Shown: positions 12,562 to 25,280, numbered from the stretch's first letter. The stretch: DNA of 36,099 nt from Octopus sinensis (GCF_006345805.1 NW_021826211.1:1-36099); one strand, 5' to 3'. A program made the numbers and translations. Notes: a model not told the origin generated them from the letters alone.

Positions 12562-14765
12562 AAAACTTAGATAAAACTTAGATATGTTTCGACCAGAGAT
12601 TGGTCCAGGCCATGTCTAACTTAATAGCACCACCTGATAGGATTATTCGAATCCTGTTTAAGTCAAGTTTTGTTCAAGTAGTGAGTTCTTGTTGGGTGAG
12701 TTGTATCCAATTATGGGTGCCTTATCTGGTATTCTTTGAAGGAATCTATCCAGACTGTTTGAAGTTGATGGGATCCTTTTCCTCTTTGATCTCCCTCGGG
12801 ACAATGTTAAATAGGGCAGGGCCTGTTGAGGAAAAGAAATTATGTTGCAGTGTACATGTATGTTGTGATCTTGAATTTGGCAGGGGACGTATAGCCCGTG
12901 GTCCAAGTCTCGGATGAACCTTGAAGCTAATGTTTAGGTCGTTGGGCAAAGTTGGCGGTATATTTCCACATCGTACAAATGATGTACCGCTCACGGCGAC
13001 GCTGGAGGGAGTAAAGTTTCAAGGCTTTAAGGCGATCCCAATAATCGAGAGCAGCCATGCCTTCAATTTGTTAGTGAGAGCCCTCTGGGGTGACTCAATT
13101 CTGGAGATGTTTTGTCTTGTGTGAGGAGACCACAGTGGGCAGCAGTATTCAAGGTGTGGCCGTACAAAGGATGAAAAAAGTGGTATGATGACATCTTGTT
13201 CTCTGGACCGGAAAGTTCTTAAGATCCAGGAACTCATCCTACGAGCTGTATCGACCTTCTTGTTGATGTGTGCACTCCAACTGAGATCGTCATCAACGAT
13301 TACACCCAGGTCTCTGATATTGTTAGAGGCTGTGAGCGGTTCCCCTGAAGGAAGAGTGTATGGTTGTTTTAGTGAGGAATTTCTTCCAAAATGCATCAGC
13401 TCAAATTTTCCCTCATTCAGTTGCATTTTGTTTCTGTCTGCCCATTGACTCACAGCATATAGGTCAGACTGGAGTTGAGTTCGGTCTGCTTCTTCTTTGA
13501 CGATTTGCTGGAGCTTAGTGTCATCAGCGAATATTTTCACTTTGCAGTGATGTACGACACTGGAAAGGTCGTTTTACATAAATTATGAAGAGTAGCGGAC
13601 CCAAAACAGTTCCCTGGGGAACACCGCTGGTGACTTTTGCTGGGTTTGAGTGGACTCCATCAACTACAACATGTGTTCTATTCGCTAGGAATACTGAATC
13701 CAGTGTAGAACTTTTCCACGGATTCCAACATTTGCCAATTTTGAGAGTAGGATGTTATGGTCTACCCTGTCGAACGCTTTACTGAAGTCAAGGTATATGA
13801 TGTCAGAGTTCGAACCTGTTCCCAAGGCTTTGAGTACATCTTCAATGTGGTGTAAGAGCTGTGTTAGGACAGTCCCTGCCACCAGCGAAAGCCATGCTTA
13901 TTTGAATTTAGGAGTTTGTGGGTCTCCAGGAAGTCAGCTATCCTTGATCTTAACACTCTTTCAAACACTTTAATGATGTGGGAGGTGAGTGAGATTGGGT
14001 GCGTAGTTGACTGCCGAGGGATCTGTTTCCCTGTTGAAAACCGGGATGACCGACTGGGATAGAAACTTTTTCGGTATATAACCTGCGTCTAACGAGTTTC
14101 TCCAGAGGTTGGTCAGAGGGACTGCAAGTTGATGTCTACATTCCTTCAGGAGACTGGCGGGAAATCTATCAGGGCCTAAGCAGAGTAATGTTTGACCTCA
14201 TTTATTGCTGCTACGATGTCGGTGGCAGTGAAGGTTATGTCTGCGATTTTGTGTGGGAGTCAGCTTCGTTCGTTTCCCTCACATCAATATCAGTGGGAAC
14301 ACTGAAGACAGAGCAATATTGTTTCTGCAGTATTTCTGCCATTTCTTTAGCATCGTGTTGGGGAATGCCGTTTTCATCAATCAATGGCCAATAGGTGAGA
14401 CAGTGGTTCTATGCTTATTTGCATAAGATAGAACACTTTTGGGTTCTGTTTGATGTTTTTGATTACCATTGTTCCTCCACAGCTCTTGATTTTCAATGGA
14501 GGTTTTCATGTTAGTCTGCAGATGAAGTTTTTCCAGCTCTAGTCTTTCATTGTTGTTGAATGTGGATGTTGCGTGTGGGAATATTTTAATTGGTTGATTT
14601 TTTTGTTGAGTCTTTTGATGCGCCTGATGAGTGTTTTTTCTTTTTAGGGAGCCGATTTCTGTTTGTGTTAGTAGATTTCTTGGGAGCGTGTTAGAGCATG
14701 TGTCGGTGACAATGGTTTCAAAGTGCTGCCACGCGGTCTCAATATGAGGGAATTGAGAGTAAAAG
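12562..14765 (-). mobile_element. 5'-truncated CR1-type LINE with intact-looking 3' terminus
   Basis: Minus-strand RT motifs DIIYLDFSKAFDRVDH (ORF 13685..13882), PQGTVLGPLLF (about 13588-13620), IFADDTKL, VRPHLEYCCPLWSP. 3' stem-loop at 12591-12605 and an (ATCTAAGTTTT)2 tail at 12562-12583. Confidence 0.9.
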
Positions 14766-14766
14766 A

Positions 14767-14815
<49 letters not shown>

Positions 14816-14842
14816 ACCATATAAATATATTATATATATTAT

Positions 14843-15028
14843 TGGGTTGGCTTTTTCCTTCCGTTTCCCTTCCTGGATCTTTCCTTTTCCTATGTTCTGA
14901 CGAAGAGCTCCGCTCGAAACGTTACACCTCCTCTTCTTCCTTCTTTCCTGAGCGTCCAATATACTATTTACGTTCCACGTCCTCGCGTTGTTGTGTGTTC
15001 TCTTTGTGTTTTCATGTTTGGATTAACT
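14843..15028 (+). mobile_element. HHR-bearing short element, family A, between two (TA)n tracts
   Basis: Homologous to 12234-12400 and 34180-34274; (TA)n immediately on both sides. Confidence 0.8.
14893..14927 (+). ncRNA. Minimal type I hammerhead ribozyme motif, intact core
   Basis: CTGACGA (14897-14903), A, stem II GAGC-TCC-GCTC, GAAA (14916-14919), palindromic helix III ACGT, GUU triplet (14921-14923). Stem I is imperfect. Confidence 0.8.
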
Positions 15029-15032
15029 ATAT

Positions 15033-15071
<39 letters not shown>

Positions 15072-15282
15072 CATACTATATATATATATATATTTATATG
15101 CATATATATATATATATTTATATTATTATATGATTGAACGCCACGCTTCCTCTTCCAAGTAAGATTTATCTTAATAATTCTGATGTACACTCTATTCTCT
15201 CCTTTTACTCTTTCGTTTTTTTTCTCTCTTCCTCTCTCTTCTTCTTTTACCTCCTCTTATCCCACTATTCTATCCTATTGTT

Positions 15283-15410
15283 TCTTAACCAGATGGTTTC
15301 AGGTTCAGTCCCACTGATTAGCACATTGGGTAAATGTCTTCTGGTATAGCCTCGGGCCGACCAACTCCTTGTGAATAGATGTGATAGACGGAAACTGAAA
15401 GAAGCCTGTC

Positions 15411-15444
<34 letters not shown>

Positions 15445-15670
15445 ATGTGTGTGTGTGTGTGTGTGTTTGTGTGTATATTTATGTGTGTGTTTTTGTGACT
15501 ATTTGTTCACCCACAATCGCTTGACAACCGATGTTGGTGTGTTTACGTCTCCGTAACTTCGCGGTTCGGCAAAAGGAACCGATAAAATAAATACTATGCT
15601 TGCAAAGAATAAGTCGACTGAAGGCGGTGCTCCACTATGGCCGCAGTCAGATGACTGAAACAAGTAAAAA
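15283..15670 (+). mobile_element. tRNA-derived SINE family 1, 5'-eroded, with internal TA/TG microsatellite
   Basis: B-box GGTTCAGTCCC, GCCTCGGGCCGACCAA, GACGGAAACTGAAAGAAGCC and 3' GGCCGCAGTCAGATGACTGAAAC. Confidence 0.9.
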
Positions 15671-16009
15671 AATGATAAATATATATGAACAAAGATATGC
15701 ATGTGTGTGTTTATATATTTCTTTTCATAAAATATTGATAAATATTTTTTTATTATTCGCTCCTACTCCCAGTTTTTCTCTCAGTCCATCTGTCGGTCTC
15801 TCTCTCTCTCTCTCACTCTTTCTCTCTCTCTCTCACCCGCAACCCAATAATGCGTATTCGGCGCCTTTGCATGTAGTAAATCTAATTTAATCCCTATCCC
15901 AATCGACGGTTCCTTGGCTCATTTATCTCTTGGCAATATTCTACTAGAAAAACATCAGACTTAAAGCGAAGTCATAATTCTTACTGTCTTGTGTTTGCAA
16001 GGTTAGCTG

Positions 16010-16223
16010 TATCTAATATATGCATACAAGCATGCATGTATACACATCCCAACACACACACACATACACATACAAGCGGATATATACATAAGTGTGTATA
16101 TCTATACCGGGGTATACCTGTATATATTCTTATACATGTATGTATATATCTATATGTATGCGTATATATATATAGATATATATATATATTTGTGTATGTA
16201 TGTATGTATATGTATGAAAGTTC

Positions 16224-16288
<65 letters not shown>

Positions 16289-16534
16289 TGCGTGTGCGTG
16301 CGTGTGTGTGAGTAAATATGAATACACTAATAAAATTTATATATGTCTACATTAAATAGAAACATGCACTCATTATATATATGTATATATAGTATCGTGC
16401 ATAAATGTGTATGTCCATGCGATGCATGTATATATATACATACAAATAAATATATATAGCTGTATGTAATATATGCATACATCCATTCATGAATACACCA
16501 CCCACGCACACACACACTCACACATCCGAATATT

Positions 16535-16565
<31 letters not shown>

Positions 16566-16570
16566 AGCGT
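16010..16570 (+). repeat. Degenerate TA/TG/CA microsatellite tract
   Basis: Read directly. Confidence 0.88.
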
Positions 16571-16649
16571 GTATATATATTTATCTATATCTGTATATAC
16601 GTATAAAGACGAGGAAGAAACGGATAGTTAGGTGATGATCCTACAGTAG

Positions 16650-18422
16650 AGAAAGCATGCAGTGGGAGAGGCATTCAACAACTATCAAAAAGCTGCCAAC
16701 AACGATATTAAATAAACTTTACAAAGAAAAAGGGTCTAAAACAGGAGTACCAAGGGATTCAACGGCAGTAATTGGATGAAATGATCTCCCAGGTCGAAAA
16801 TGCAGACGCAAAGTGTAAGCACGGGGGATGCTGGAAGCTGACTAGCTCCATCACTGGTCGCAAAGCTACAAAGCAGGGAATCGTTAAAGGAAAATTAAAG
16901 AAGTGGTGCACTTGTTCCTGCAACTTCCTTGTGAAGGATCCAGAAGTTGACAGTGAAACAGGAAATGAAGAATTAGCAAAGATATTCGAAGGCTTTAGGA
17001 TGGAGACTTCACAAAACAAGAAATAGAAAGAGCTACAAGTAACCGGAAACAAGAAAAACAAACTGGTTCTAGAAAGATATGATTTAGACGACATCATCCT
17101 TGAAATTACAAACAAACTACTAAATGACAATGTCAATTCAAAAGAATTCCACCACTGCCCAAAAATGGGTACCTATGTGATATTGGGAATTATAGAGGGA
17201 TCAGTCTGTCATCTATTGTTACAAAAATGGTCAACAATATGAAACTTAACCGAATACAACTGAAGATAAACAAACAATTGCGACCAAATCAAAAGGAATT
17301 GAGATCAGGACGGTCAACAACATCTCACATTGTTGCTCTTAGTAGACTGATAGAAGGAGTTAAGAGCCATAACAAGAAGGCTATCATTATCTATGTAGTT
17401 TTTAGAAAGGCTTTTGATTCAGTGCATAGAGGAATGATGATGAAGATACTTAAAGCATATGATATTGCACCAAGAATTCTGAGAGCACTAAGTAAGCTGT
17501 ATGAGAACACCAGAGCGAAAGTGATCACTCCTGAAGGAGAGACGGATTACTTTGAAGTCAAAGTCGGAGTATTACGCGGTGACGCGCTAGCACCTTATCT
17601 CTTCGCCATTGTTCTGGATTATGTAATGTGTAGAACGTACGAGGGCAAGGAAGAGGAACTGGGATTCAAACTGCATAGGTAAAGAAGTATAGGGTATCAA
17701 GCAGTAACAGTAACTGACCTAGATTATGCTGATGTCCTGGTATTATGAGGTGCTGAGCAGATTAGAACAGGGGTCGAGAAAGGTAGGATTGTATTGTAAC
17801 GCAAAGAAAATAGAGATTCGAGTAATCAACCACGAAATTCGTCAGTGAAAGTGAGAGACGGTGACGCGCCGAAGGTAGTTGAAAATTTCAATTAACTTGG
17901 TGCGTGGAGACAAAGTTCCAAAAAAGACATCGTAGCAAGGAAAGCTCTTGCCTGGAGCGCATGCCATCAATTGAGTTCAAAGTTTGCAAGGAAATTGAAA
18001 GTGAGGTTGTTTCTGGCAACAGTGGAGTCTGTTCTTTTATACGGGGCTGAAACGTGGACGCTCACTAAAGCACTGAAGAAGCAGTTGAACGGTTGCTATA
18101 CAAGGATGCTTAGAATGGCATTGAATGCCCCCTGGAAGAGTCACACAACAAATGCCGACTCATACCAGGGACCACCAAAAGTAACATTGAAGATACAGCA
18201 TAGAAGGATGAGGCTAGCTGGACACTGCATCAGACACACTGATGAAATTGCTAACAATCTAGTGCTCTGCCAACCAGTGGAAAGAGGAAGACGACTTGTA
18301 TCGACACCTTGCAAGGGGATACTGGTATTGAAGGGGTACAGGAGCTGAGGACCATTATAGATGATCAAGATGAATGGAAAAAACGTATGAAAACAGCCTT
18401 GGGACGACCTGAGGGACGACCT
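16650..18422 (+). mobile_element. Decayed, 5'-truncated RTE/RTE-X-like LINE
   Basis: RSGRSTTSHI, FRKAFDSVHR and GVLRGDALAPYLF (ORF 17227..17682), LDYAD at about 17719-17733, ESVLLYGAETWTL, GCYTRMLRMALN and RRMRLAGHCIRH (ORF 17971..18348). Many indels and stops; ends in (TA)n. Confidence 0.88.
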
Positions 18423-19509
18423 ATATATATATATATAATTCTCCGCTTTCCTATGAAGGGTAACAACTTTGTATCTGTGTTAGGCCCAGTTTTATAGTCG
18501 AATGCTTCTATATAGTCGTTTCGTCAACAGTAAAAAGCAGCCAAATATCCCTTAAAAAGCATTTTACATATGAAAAGGATACATTAGACAATGAAACTGT
18601 TATAATATAAAGTAATTCTCGAGTGACACCGTATCAAGATTTGGCTGCAGGTAATGGTATACGCATAAACACACATACATAAATTCATGCATACCTACAT
18701 GCATACGTACATACATACATAATGTAAAAAGCAGTTTGAGTTTTCTGTTGTGCAGTAAAGGGATTAGTTTTCGAGTGATATCAAGTTTGGGTAAATTACG
18801 TTGAAACAGACTGACGGAAGAAAAGTTGGTACTAAGTTAGTTGCGTAGATGGATATTCTTGTCTTGTATAAGATCCAGAACATGATGGATATCGAAATAA
18901 ATAAACGTCTAATCTGCAATATTTTTCAATTGTTTTAAAGCAAAATAAAATTGGGGAAAAAATAGAATGCAATTAGCCGAAGAGTATTTTATTTTCGGTT
19001 GCAATTAAAGAGATAATGTAATTATCTATTTGAAAGTAAGAGGATATTTGTTAACATAGATACGTATATTATCCTCTCTCTAGGAATTCGTGACTCAGTC
19101 TATATAACAAACACATATTGCTATAAAAATAAACATCCATGTATGCACACAACTAAAATCATAGAAACGTATCACCATCAAGCTGCAAGTAACGTTATAC
19201 ACATGAACACATGCACGCGTTTATAAAAACACTTACATAAATACATGCGTACCTACATGCATGCACGTATACGTACATACATAAATAATGCACGTACATA
19301 CATATACGAGTAGGCGTATACATTCATGGCAAACTTTCATACAAGCACATCTATCTGTAGACATATTTAATGTATTTACATATACACTGCAAATACGAGT
19401 GCGTGTTTATGTATACACATTTGACTAAAGCTTTCATGTAGAATACGTATGCAGACATTTATATACACTTATGATACGGTAGACAGAAGCTGTTATGTAG
19501 AATATACAC

Positions 19510-19517
19510 GCACACAG

Positions 19518-19577
<60 letters not shown>

Positions 19578-20135
19578 ATATATATAATAATCTATATTAT
19601 ATATATATATATAGTAATATATACATATGTATATATATGTAGGCACGGAATTATGCAAATACATTAAGAGGAAGTTCATATAGATGTACACATATATGTA
19701 TATATGTTTAAACACGCGCATAAGTGTGTGTATGTAAGTGTGTGTATGTGTGTGTATGAGTGTGTATGCATGTATAATCAAACTTCACTTGCACTCACAC
19801 AAAGCTCTATGCCAGATACACCGCATCATACATAAATAATAATAGCAATGAAAAAATCGATATATAAAGTAGAAGGTTGGAAGAGAATTTATGTTATTAT
19901 CTTCGGTTTAAGTTCATTTCAATTGCTTATAATTGCTTTATTTCTGACAAGGTTACACAGTGTTATGTAAATTTATTACATCTATTCTGGCGCTTTAACA
20001 ACAGCTCATTCTACTTACTACTTTGCAAATCTACACAGATTTTTCGCAAGAAGAAAATATTTAGTCGCTGGAATTCTATCTAGAAGAGAAACGGCGAATT
20101 ATTATATGCTTTTCGTATATATGTACATATATATT

Positions 20136-20167
<32 letters not shown>

Positions 20168-20381
20168 TGTATGTATGTATGTATGTATGTATGTATGTAT
20201 GTATGCATGCATGTATGTATGTATGTATGTATGTATGCATGTATGTATGCATGTATGTATGTATGTATGTATGTATATATATATATACATACATATATAT
20301 ATACATTATATAATATATATATATATGTGTATAATATACTATACACATACAGATATACATATACACATACATATGTATATG

Positions 20382-20452
<71 letters not shown>

Positions 20453-20520
20453 ATATGTATATATCTATCGATATAGATATATCTGTATATATATGTGTAT
20501 ATATAATACACATATATATA
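19510..20520 (+). repeat. (TA)n, (TG)n and (TATG)n microsatellite tracts around a unique ~250 bp insert (about 19860-20105)
   Basis: Read directly. Confidence 0.9.
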
Positions 20521-20739
20521 TAATTGCGGTTAGATTTGTGTTGAAATTTGTCATCTTGTTCGATAACAACATTTTTTGTTCCTCGGCTACTTTTAGTTGA
20601 GTTCATTCTATTATTGCAAACATTAGTGTATCACTGCCTGCCTGCCTGCCTGCCTGTCCCTCCCTTCATCTCTCCCTCCCTCTCTCTGTCTCTGTATTTA
20701 TCAGGTAGGTTGTGCGCACAAGAACATCCGTTGCAACCT

Positions 20740-20862
20740 TGTAGTGGTTCAGGTCCCACCCCACCGTGCTTCACCTTTGGCAAGTGTCTTCTAATATAGC
20801 TCCGGGCCCACCAATGCCTTGTGAGTGAATTTGGGAGACAGAAACTGTGCAGAAACTCGTCG
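20740..20862 (+). mobile_element. 5' half of SINE family 1, diverged
   Basis: TTTGGCAAGTGTCTTCTAATATAGC...CCTTGTGAGTGAATTTGG matches the family-1 core. Confidence 0.75.
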
Positions 20863-20906
20863 CCCATCTATCTAACTATATATATGTGTGAGTGTGTGTT
20901 TATGTA

Positions 20907-21022
20907 TGGCTTTCCAACCACATGGTTCCACGTTCAGTGTCACTGCGTGTCTTCTACTTTAGCCTCGGGCCACCCAAAGACTTGTGAATGGATTTAGTAG
21001 ACGGAAACTGAAAGAAGCCTCT
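20907..21022 (+). mobile_element. 5' half of SINE family 1
   Basis: CCAACCACATGGTTCC...GCCTCGGGCC...GACGGAAACTGAAAGAAGCC. Confidence 0.8.
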
Positions 21023-21298
21023 CCGCGTATTATCCTTGTCCTCGGACAGGGGAGTAGATGAAACAGGGACAACCGAAGAAGGAGAATATTCTTTATGTTG
21101 TATGTCTCGTTTGTTTTTTGTTCCAAGTAAAAGGTCATTTCTATGTTTTTGTTTTAATGTTTCCGTTTCTCGTTGTGTTCAACGTTTATATGATGTCCTG
21201 TACCCATATATGCATGTATATATACATATATGTATGTATGTGCATATATGTATGTTATATGCATATATTTATATATATTTATATTAGTATATAATATA

Positions 21299-21354
<56 letters not shown>

Positions 21355-21517
21355 TATATATAAAAGTAAATAATGGCACACCGAAGCACCGATATTTACT
21401 GGAAAATAGCGAACGTAATAAATACGACGCTAATGTATAGCTTCACTGCGTATGTATAATTTTACCCTCACGGGCTATCCTTTACTGGAAAGCAATACTC
21501 TCGTATTGCATTACTAT

Positions 21518-21550
<33 letters not shown>

Positions 21551-21556
<6 letters not shown>

Positions 21557-21807
21557 AAAAAACAAGTCAAAAATAGAAAATGCTAAGATGATTTTATAGT
21601 GAATCTTTCAGTACCGGTTTCGGTCATTTTGAGAGCTTTTCAACTGTAACGATTAAATAATTAAATTTAGAAAAATTAGGAGAAAAGTTTTTTTAAAAGA
21701 ATATTTCTGTAGTAGTGTTCAGATATAAGTAGCATTCTGCCTTTCTCTGACTCCCTTGTTTGCACTTGTGTGTTCGAGGTCGTTTTGCACTTGTGTGTTC
21801 GAGGTCG

Positions 21808-21809
<2 letters not shown>
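21551..21809 (-). mobile_element. (TA)n-flanked HHR-bearing cassette with a terminal 25 bp tandem duplication
   Basis: (TA)n on both sides, HHR at 21606-21649, and TTGCACTTGTGTGTTCGAGGTCGTT twice at 21760-21809. Confidence 0.65.
21606..21649 (-). ncRNA. Type I hammerhead ribozyme motif with U3-A8 core variant
   Basis: Minus strand: CAG / TTGAAAA / GCTC-TCAAAAT-GACC / GAAA / CCGGT (palindrome ACCGGT) / A / CTG. GUA triplet; one C-C mismatch in stem II. Confidence 0.72.
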
Positions 21810-21861
<52 letters not shown>

Positions 21862-21879
21862 ATATATTCGTGCGTGTAT

Positions 21880-22075
21880 CTGTGCTTGTCCCCCACCATC
21901 GCTTGGAAACCGATGTTGGTGGGTTTACGTCCTCGTAACTTAGCGGTTCTGCAAAAGAAACCGTTAGAATAAGTACTAGACTTACAAAGAATAAGTGCTG
22001 GGGGTCGACTTTTTCGACTAAAGGCGTTGCTTCAGCATGGCCGCAGTCAAATGACTGAAACAAGTAAATAAATAA
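21880..22075 (+). mobile_element. 3' half of SINE family 1
   Basis: ATCGCTTGGAAACCGATGTTGG...GTAACTTAGCGGTTC...CATGGCCGCAGTCAAATGACTGAAACAAG followed by an A-rich tail. Confidence 0.9.
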
Positions 22076-22105
22076 ATGAATAAAATATATTAAAAAAATA
22101 CAAAT

Positions 22106-22162
22106 ACCCAGGGACCTTAATCATCTCTGGAATCTACTTGGGTTCTCATCAGATGCCTGGGT
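22106..22162 (-). ncRNA. Probable decayed type I hammerhead motif
   Basis: Minus strand: ACCCAGG(CAT) / CTGATGA / GAACC-CAAGTA-GATTC / degenerate GAAA and helix III / GGTCCCTGGGT. Stem I arms are complementary. Confidence 0.4.
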
Positions 22163-22874
22163 GCGCTTATTGTTGTGCGGTTAGGAAGTTAGTGGTCTCA
22201 ATTCTTGAAATCTCTGTCAAATATCTTGCATATCTTTGAGATGACCAAAGACATGTGAGTAAAACTGCTAGAGAGAAACTCGGCAAGAGAAGGCGGCCAC
22301 GTGTGGGTGCGCACGCCTCTGACTCTTTTTTCACTGATACCACTTTAAAAAACGATATCTTAAACGATATCTTTGTGTATATCACCTCTCAAAGCAATTC
22401 GAATATATGATAAATGTCGGATATATAGAGGCTGATTAGGATTTATATGACTAGTTTAACCGCTGAAAGTTTTATCCCCCACCCAGCAGGACTGGAGAGC
22501 AGCGAGTGAAACAACTAAATGTTCATGTGTCTCATAACACACACACACACACACAGAGTGATATGGATGTGTTTTTATACGTGTGTGTGTTACATACAGT
22601 ATGGTCTTGTAGTCTTAGCTTTCCACCAAGTGTTTATCCAGCAAATGTCTTGGAGATCTTTGTTAAGAGATATATTAATTTTTATTGAAGTATTTTAATT
22701 AATTCTAATTACGTAGTTGCCTCCTCCTGTCTTTCTCGACCAAAGTTTATCACTTAGCTTATGATATCCATCTTCTAATCACACTTGGTGTAAAACCCAT
22801 GCATTCATTCATTAATTGTGGTAAGTATTTTAGCAACTACCCCACCCATATTCCGCTGCCATCAACTACCGTTT

Positions 22875-23200
22875 AGAATGCTATTTGACACTGGGAAAGT
22901 AATTATCAAATGAACTAAGTGGATGCTACACAACGATGCTACGAATGATCCCAATGTGAAATGGCAGCAACATATGACAAATGAATGCGTTTATGGAGAC
23001 CTGCTGGAAGTTAGTGAGAACAGCAAGCAAATACGGCTGCAACTTATCGGGTCACCAAGTGCACCACCCTGACTGGAAGCAACCAAATTAGTCGTGGGGG
23101 ACTCACTTCATGGTGATAAAAGAAAATTTGGAATGTAACCAGGCAGCCGAGACAGTGATGATGACCGAGAAGTGTGACAGGCGGACACTGCTGCTGTGGT
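22875..23200 (+). mobile_element. Decayed 3' fragment of an RTE-type LINE
   Basis: GCYTTMLRMI-NVKWQQHMTNECVYGDL...IRLQLIG parallels the C-terminus of the 16650-18422 element (GCYTRMLRMALN..WKSHTTN...RRMRLAGH). Confidence 0.75.
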
Positions 23201-24059
23201 CCCGGTTGGAACCCTGCTATAATAATAAAGAATTGAGGGCAATACCTGCGACCCGAAGGACTTTCCGAATATGACCGTCAACAGAAAATTACTTTGAATG
23301 GTTTTTTAATGCTGTGGCAAGTCTCATGCAAACCGCATCTCGAGAAACGCCGCCCATTCCAGTTCTAGAGGAGAGAAAGTTTATCGAAAAAGGGCTAGAC
23401 TCGGTATTTTGTATTTGGACGGCGTAAGGCACAGAGGGTGGGGGAGGGACTGATGCGAAATAAGACTGACGAGCTAGTCAGGAAATGGGCCGAGACCAGG
23501 CAAAATCGTAGGATAGTCTTCGAGTTATTCTTAGCCAGAAATCAGCTTTAATTGAGGATATCCATCACTAAGTGCCGGTCCAGCCGTAATCTTTGCTTTC
23601 CTTCCTATATTCAGAGTTACATCATAAGATCTGCATTTCTTAAAAATATAATTGCACTGGAATTTGGTTTCTGTCTACAGTAGATAGAACTACTGAATAC
23701 AAACACGTTCTCTGACTCGATACATCAAACCCTTTCCTACATCTGTAACGTTTAAATGTGTTTGCTTTAGAGATAAGCATTTGACAGTAAGAAAGAAGTC
23801 TTTTTCACAGGAAGTGCAAACTTCAACATTACATGTGTTGACTGTAATACGACCGATATTATTGTAAATTCGCCTTGAAAGATAACTGGGGAAAAATTAT
23901 TCTTATTTCTAAAAACACATACAGAAACATACATACGTACACGCACACATATTTGTGTGTTAATAACTGCAGATGCGGATAACTTCAGAAAGTAATTACG
24001 TGTATCTATCTACAATGTTTGTTAATATATATATACACATGTATACATACACGCATATT

Positions 24060-24109
<50 letters not shown>

Positions 24110-24127
24110 CGCGTATTTATCTATTGG

Positions 24128-24179
<52 letters not shown>

Positions 24180-24203
24180 TAAATACGAGTATTTATCTAT
24201 TGG

Positions 24204-24239
<36 letters not shown>

Positions 24240-24615
24240 TCAATACGTAACTTCATGCCGACAAACATATGCATAGATATACAAAAATATATGTAAAGGG
24301 GAGTGCACTATAGATGTATGCGTCAGCGTGTCATTGTGCATTTCTGTGTGTATGTATACGTGCGTGTGTGTGAGTATGTGGATATCTTGCCAGGCATTTA
24401 TTTATGTTTTATGTTAAAATTACGTGAAAAAAACTATATATTGATTCCTTTAATTCAATATCTTAAATTCATTTATGATAAATATGTGATAGAAACCCCA
24501 AAAAAAACAAATAAAGAATACCTCGAAAAAGAAAACTGGCGGAATGCAAGTGTGGGAGAGAAGAACGATAAGGATATTGAAGAAGAAACAGAAACATAGA
24601 TATGTGGAAGGGAGT

Positions 24616-24658
<43 letters not shown>

Positions 24659-25249
24659 TGAAAGCACATCGTAAGGTAGCAAAAAAAAAAAAACGAAACG
24701 AGATAAATGAAAGAAAGGAAGAAAGTCTTTGATTTTCATTGAGTGAATGAAAATCAAGAGAGCAGACGACAGTTTTTGTTTTGTTTTGATTATGTTTTCG
24801 TTTGTTTTTTGTAACCTATGTAGTGGGTTGTTATTGAAACCATCGACTCGTTTCAAGATTAGCCGAACGTTGCTTTAATAAAGATCAATGACCTCCACCC
24901 TACACCGAACAGCTCAACGCAAAATTCGATAATTTAGGACGAGATTTCTTGTTATCGAACGTCCTTTGCCTCTTCGAACGAAGAGAAACATCTAACCCAA
25001 AGGAAATCATAATACATGCATACACACACACACACCACACACCACCACACACAACCCACACACCACACACACACACACATAATATATATATATATATATA
25101 TATATGCAGAGACATTTCAATAGACACACACCTAGTTACTTTAAGAGGGCATAGTTGCTTCAGTGTATGTATTTATTTAAAATTTAAATCACTATATAGA
25201 CATGATTAAATAGAGAGCCTGCATATATGTATATATATGTATATATATG

Positions 25250-25280
<31 letters not shown>

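Noticed and set aside
12584-12615. GACCA-ATCTC-TGGTC-GAAAC on the minus strand as a hammerhead
   Set aside because: No CUGANGA upstream; better explained as the CR1 3' stem-loop.
21036-21079. TTGTCC...GAAAC..GGACAA followed by CCGAAGA as a hammerhead
   Set aside because: Stem I-like arms exist, but there is no core in the right position and no cleavage triplet. It may be a relic but cannot be supported.
23466-23486. CTGACGA...GAAAT as a hammerhead
   Set aside because: The core pairs with GTCAG, and there is no stem I or NUH site.
23230-23600. GC-richer stretch after the RTE fragment as coding sequence
   Set aside because: Short open frames only, with no recognisable domain.
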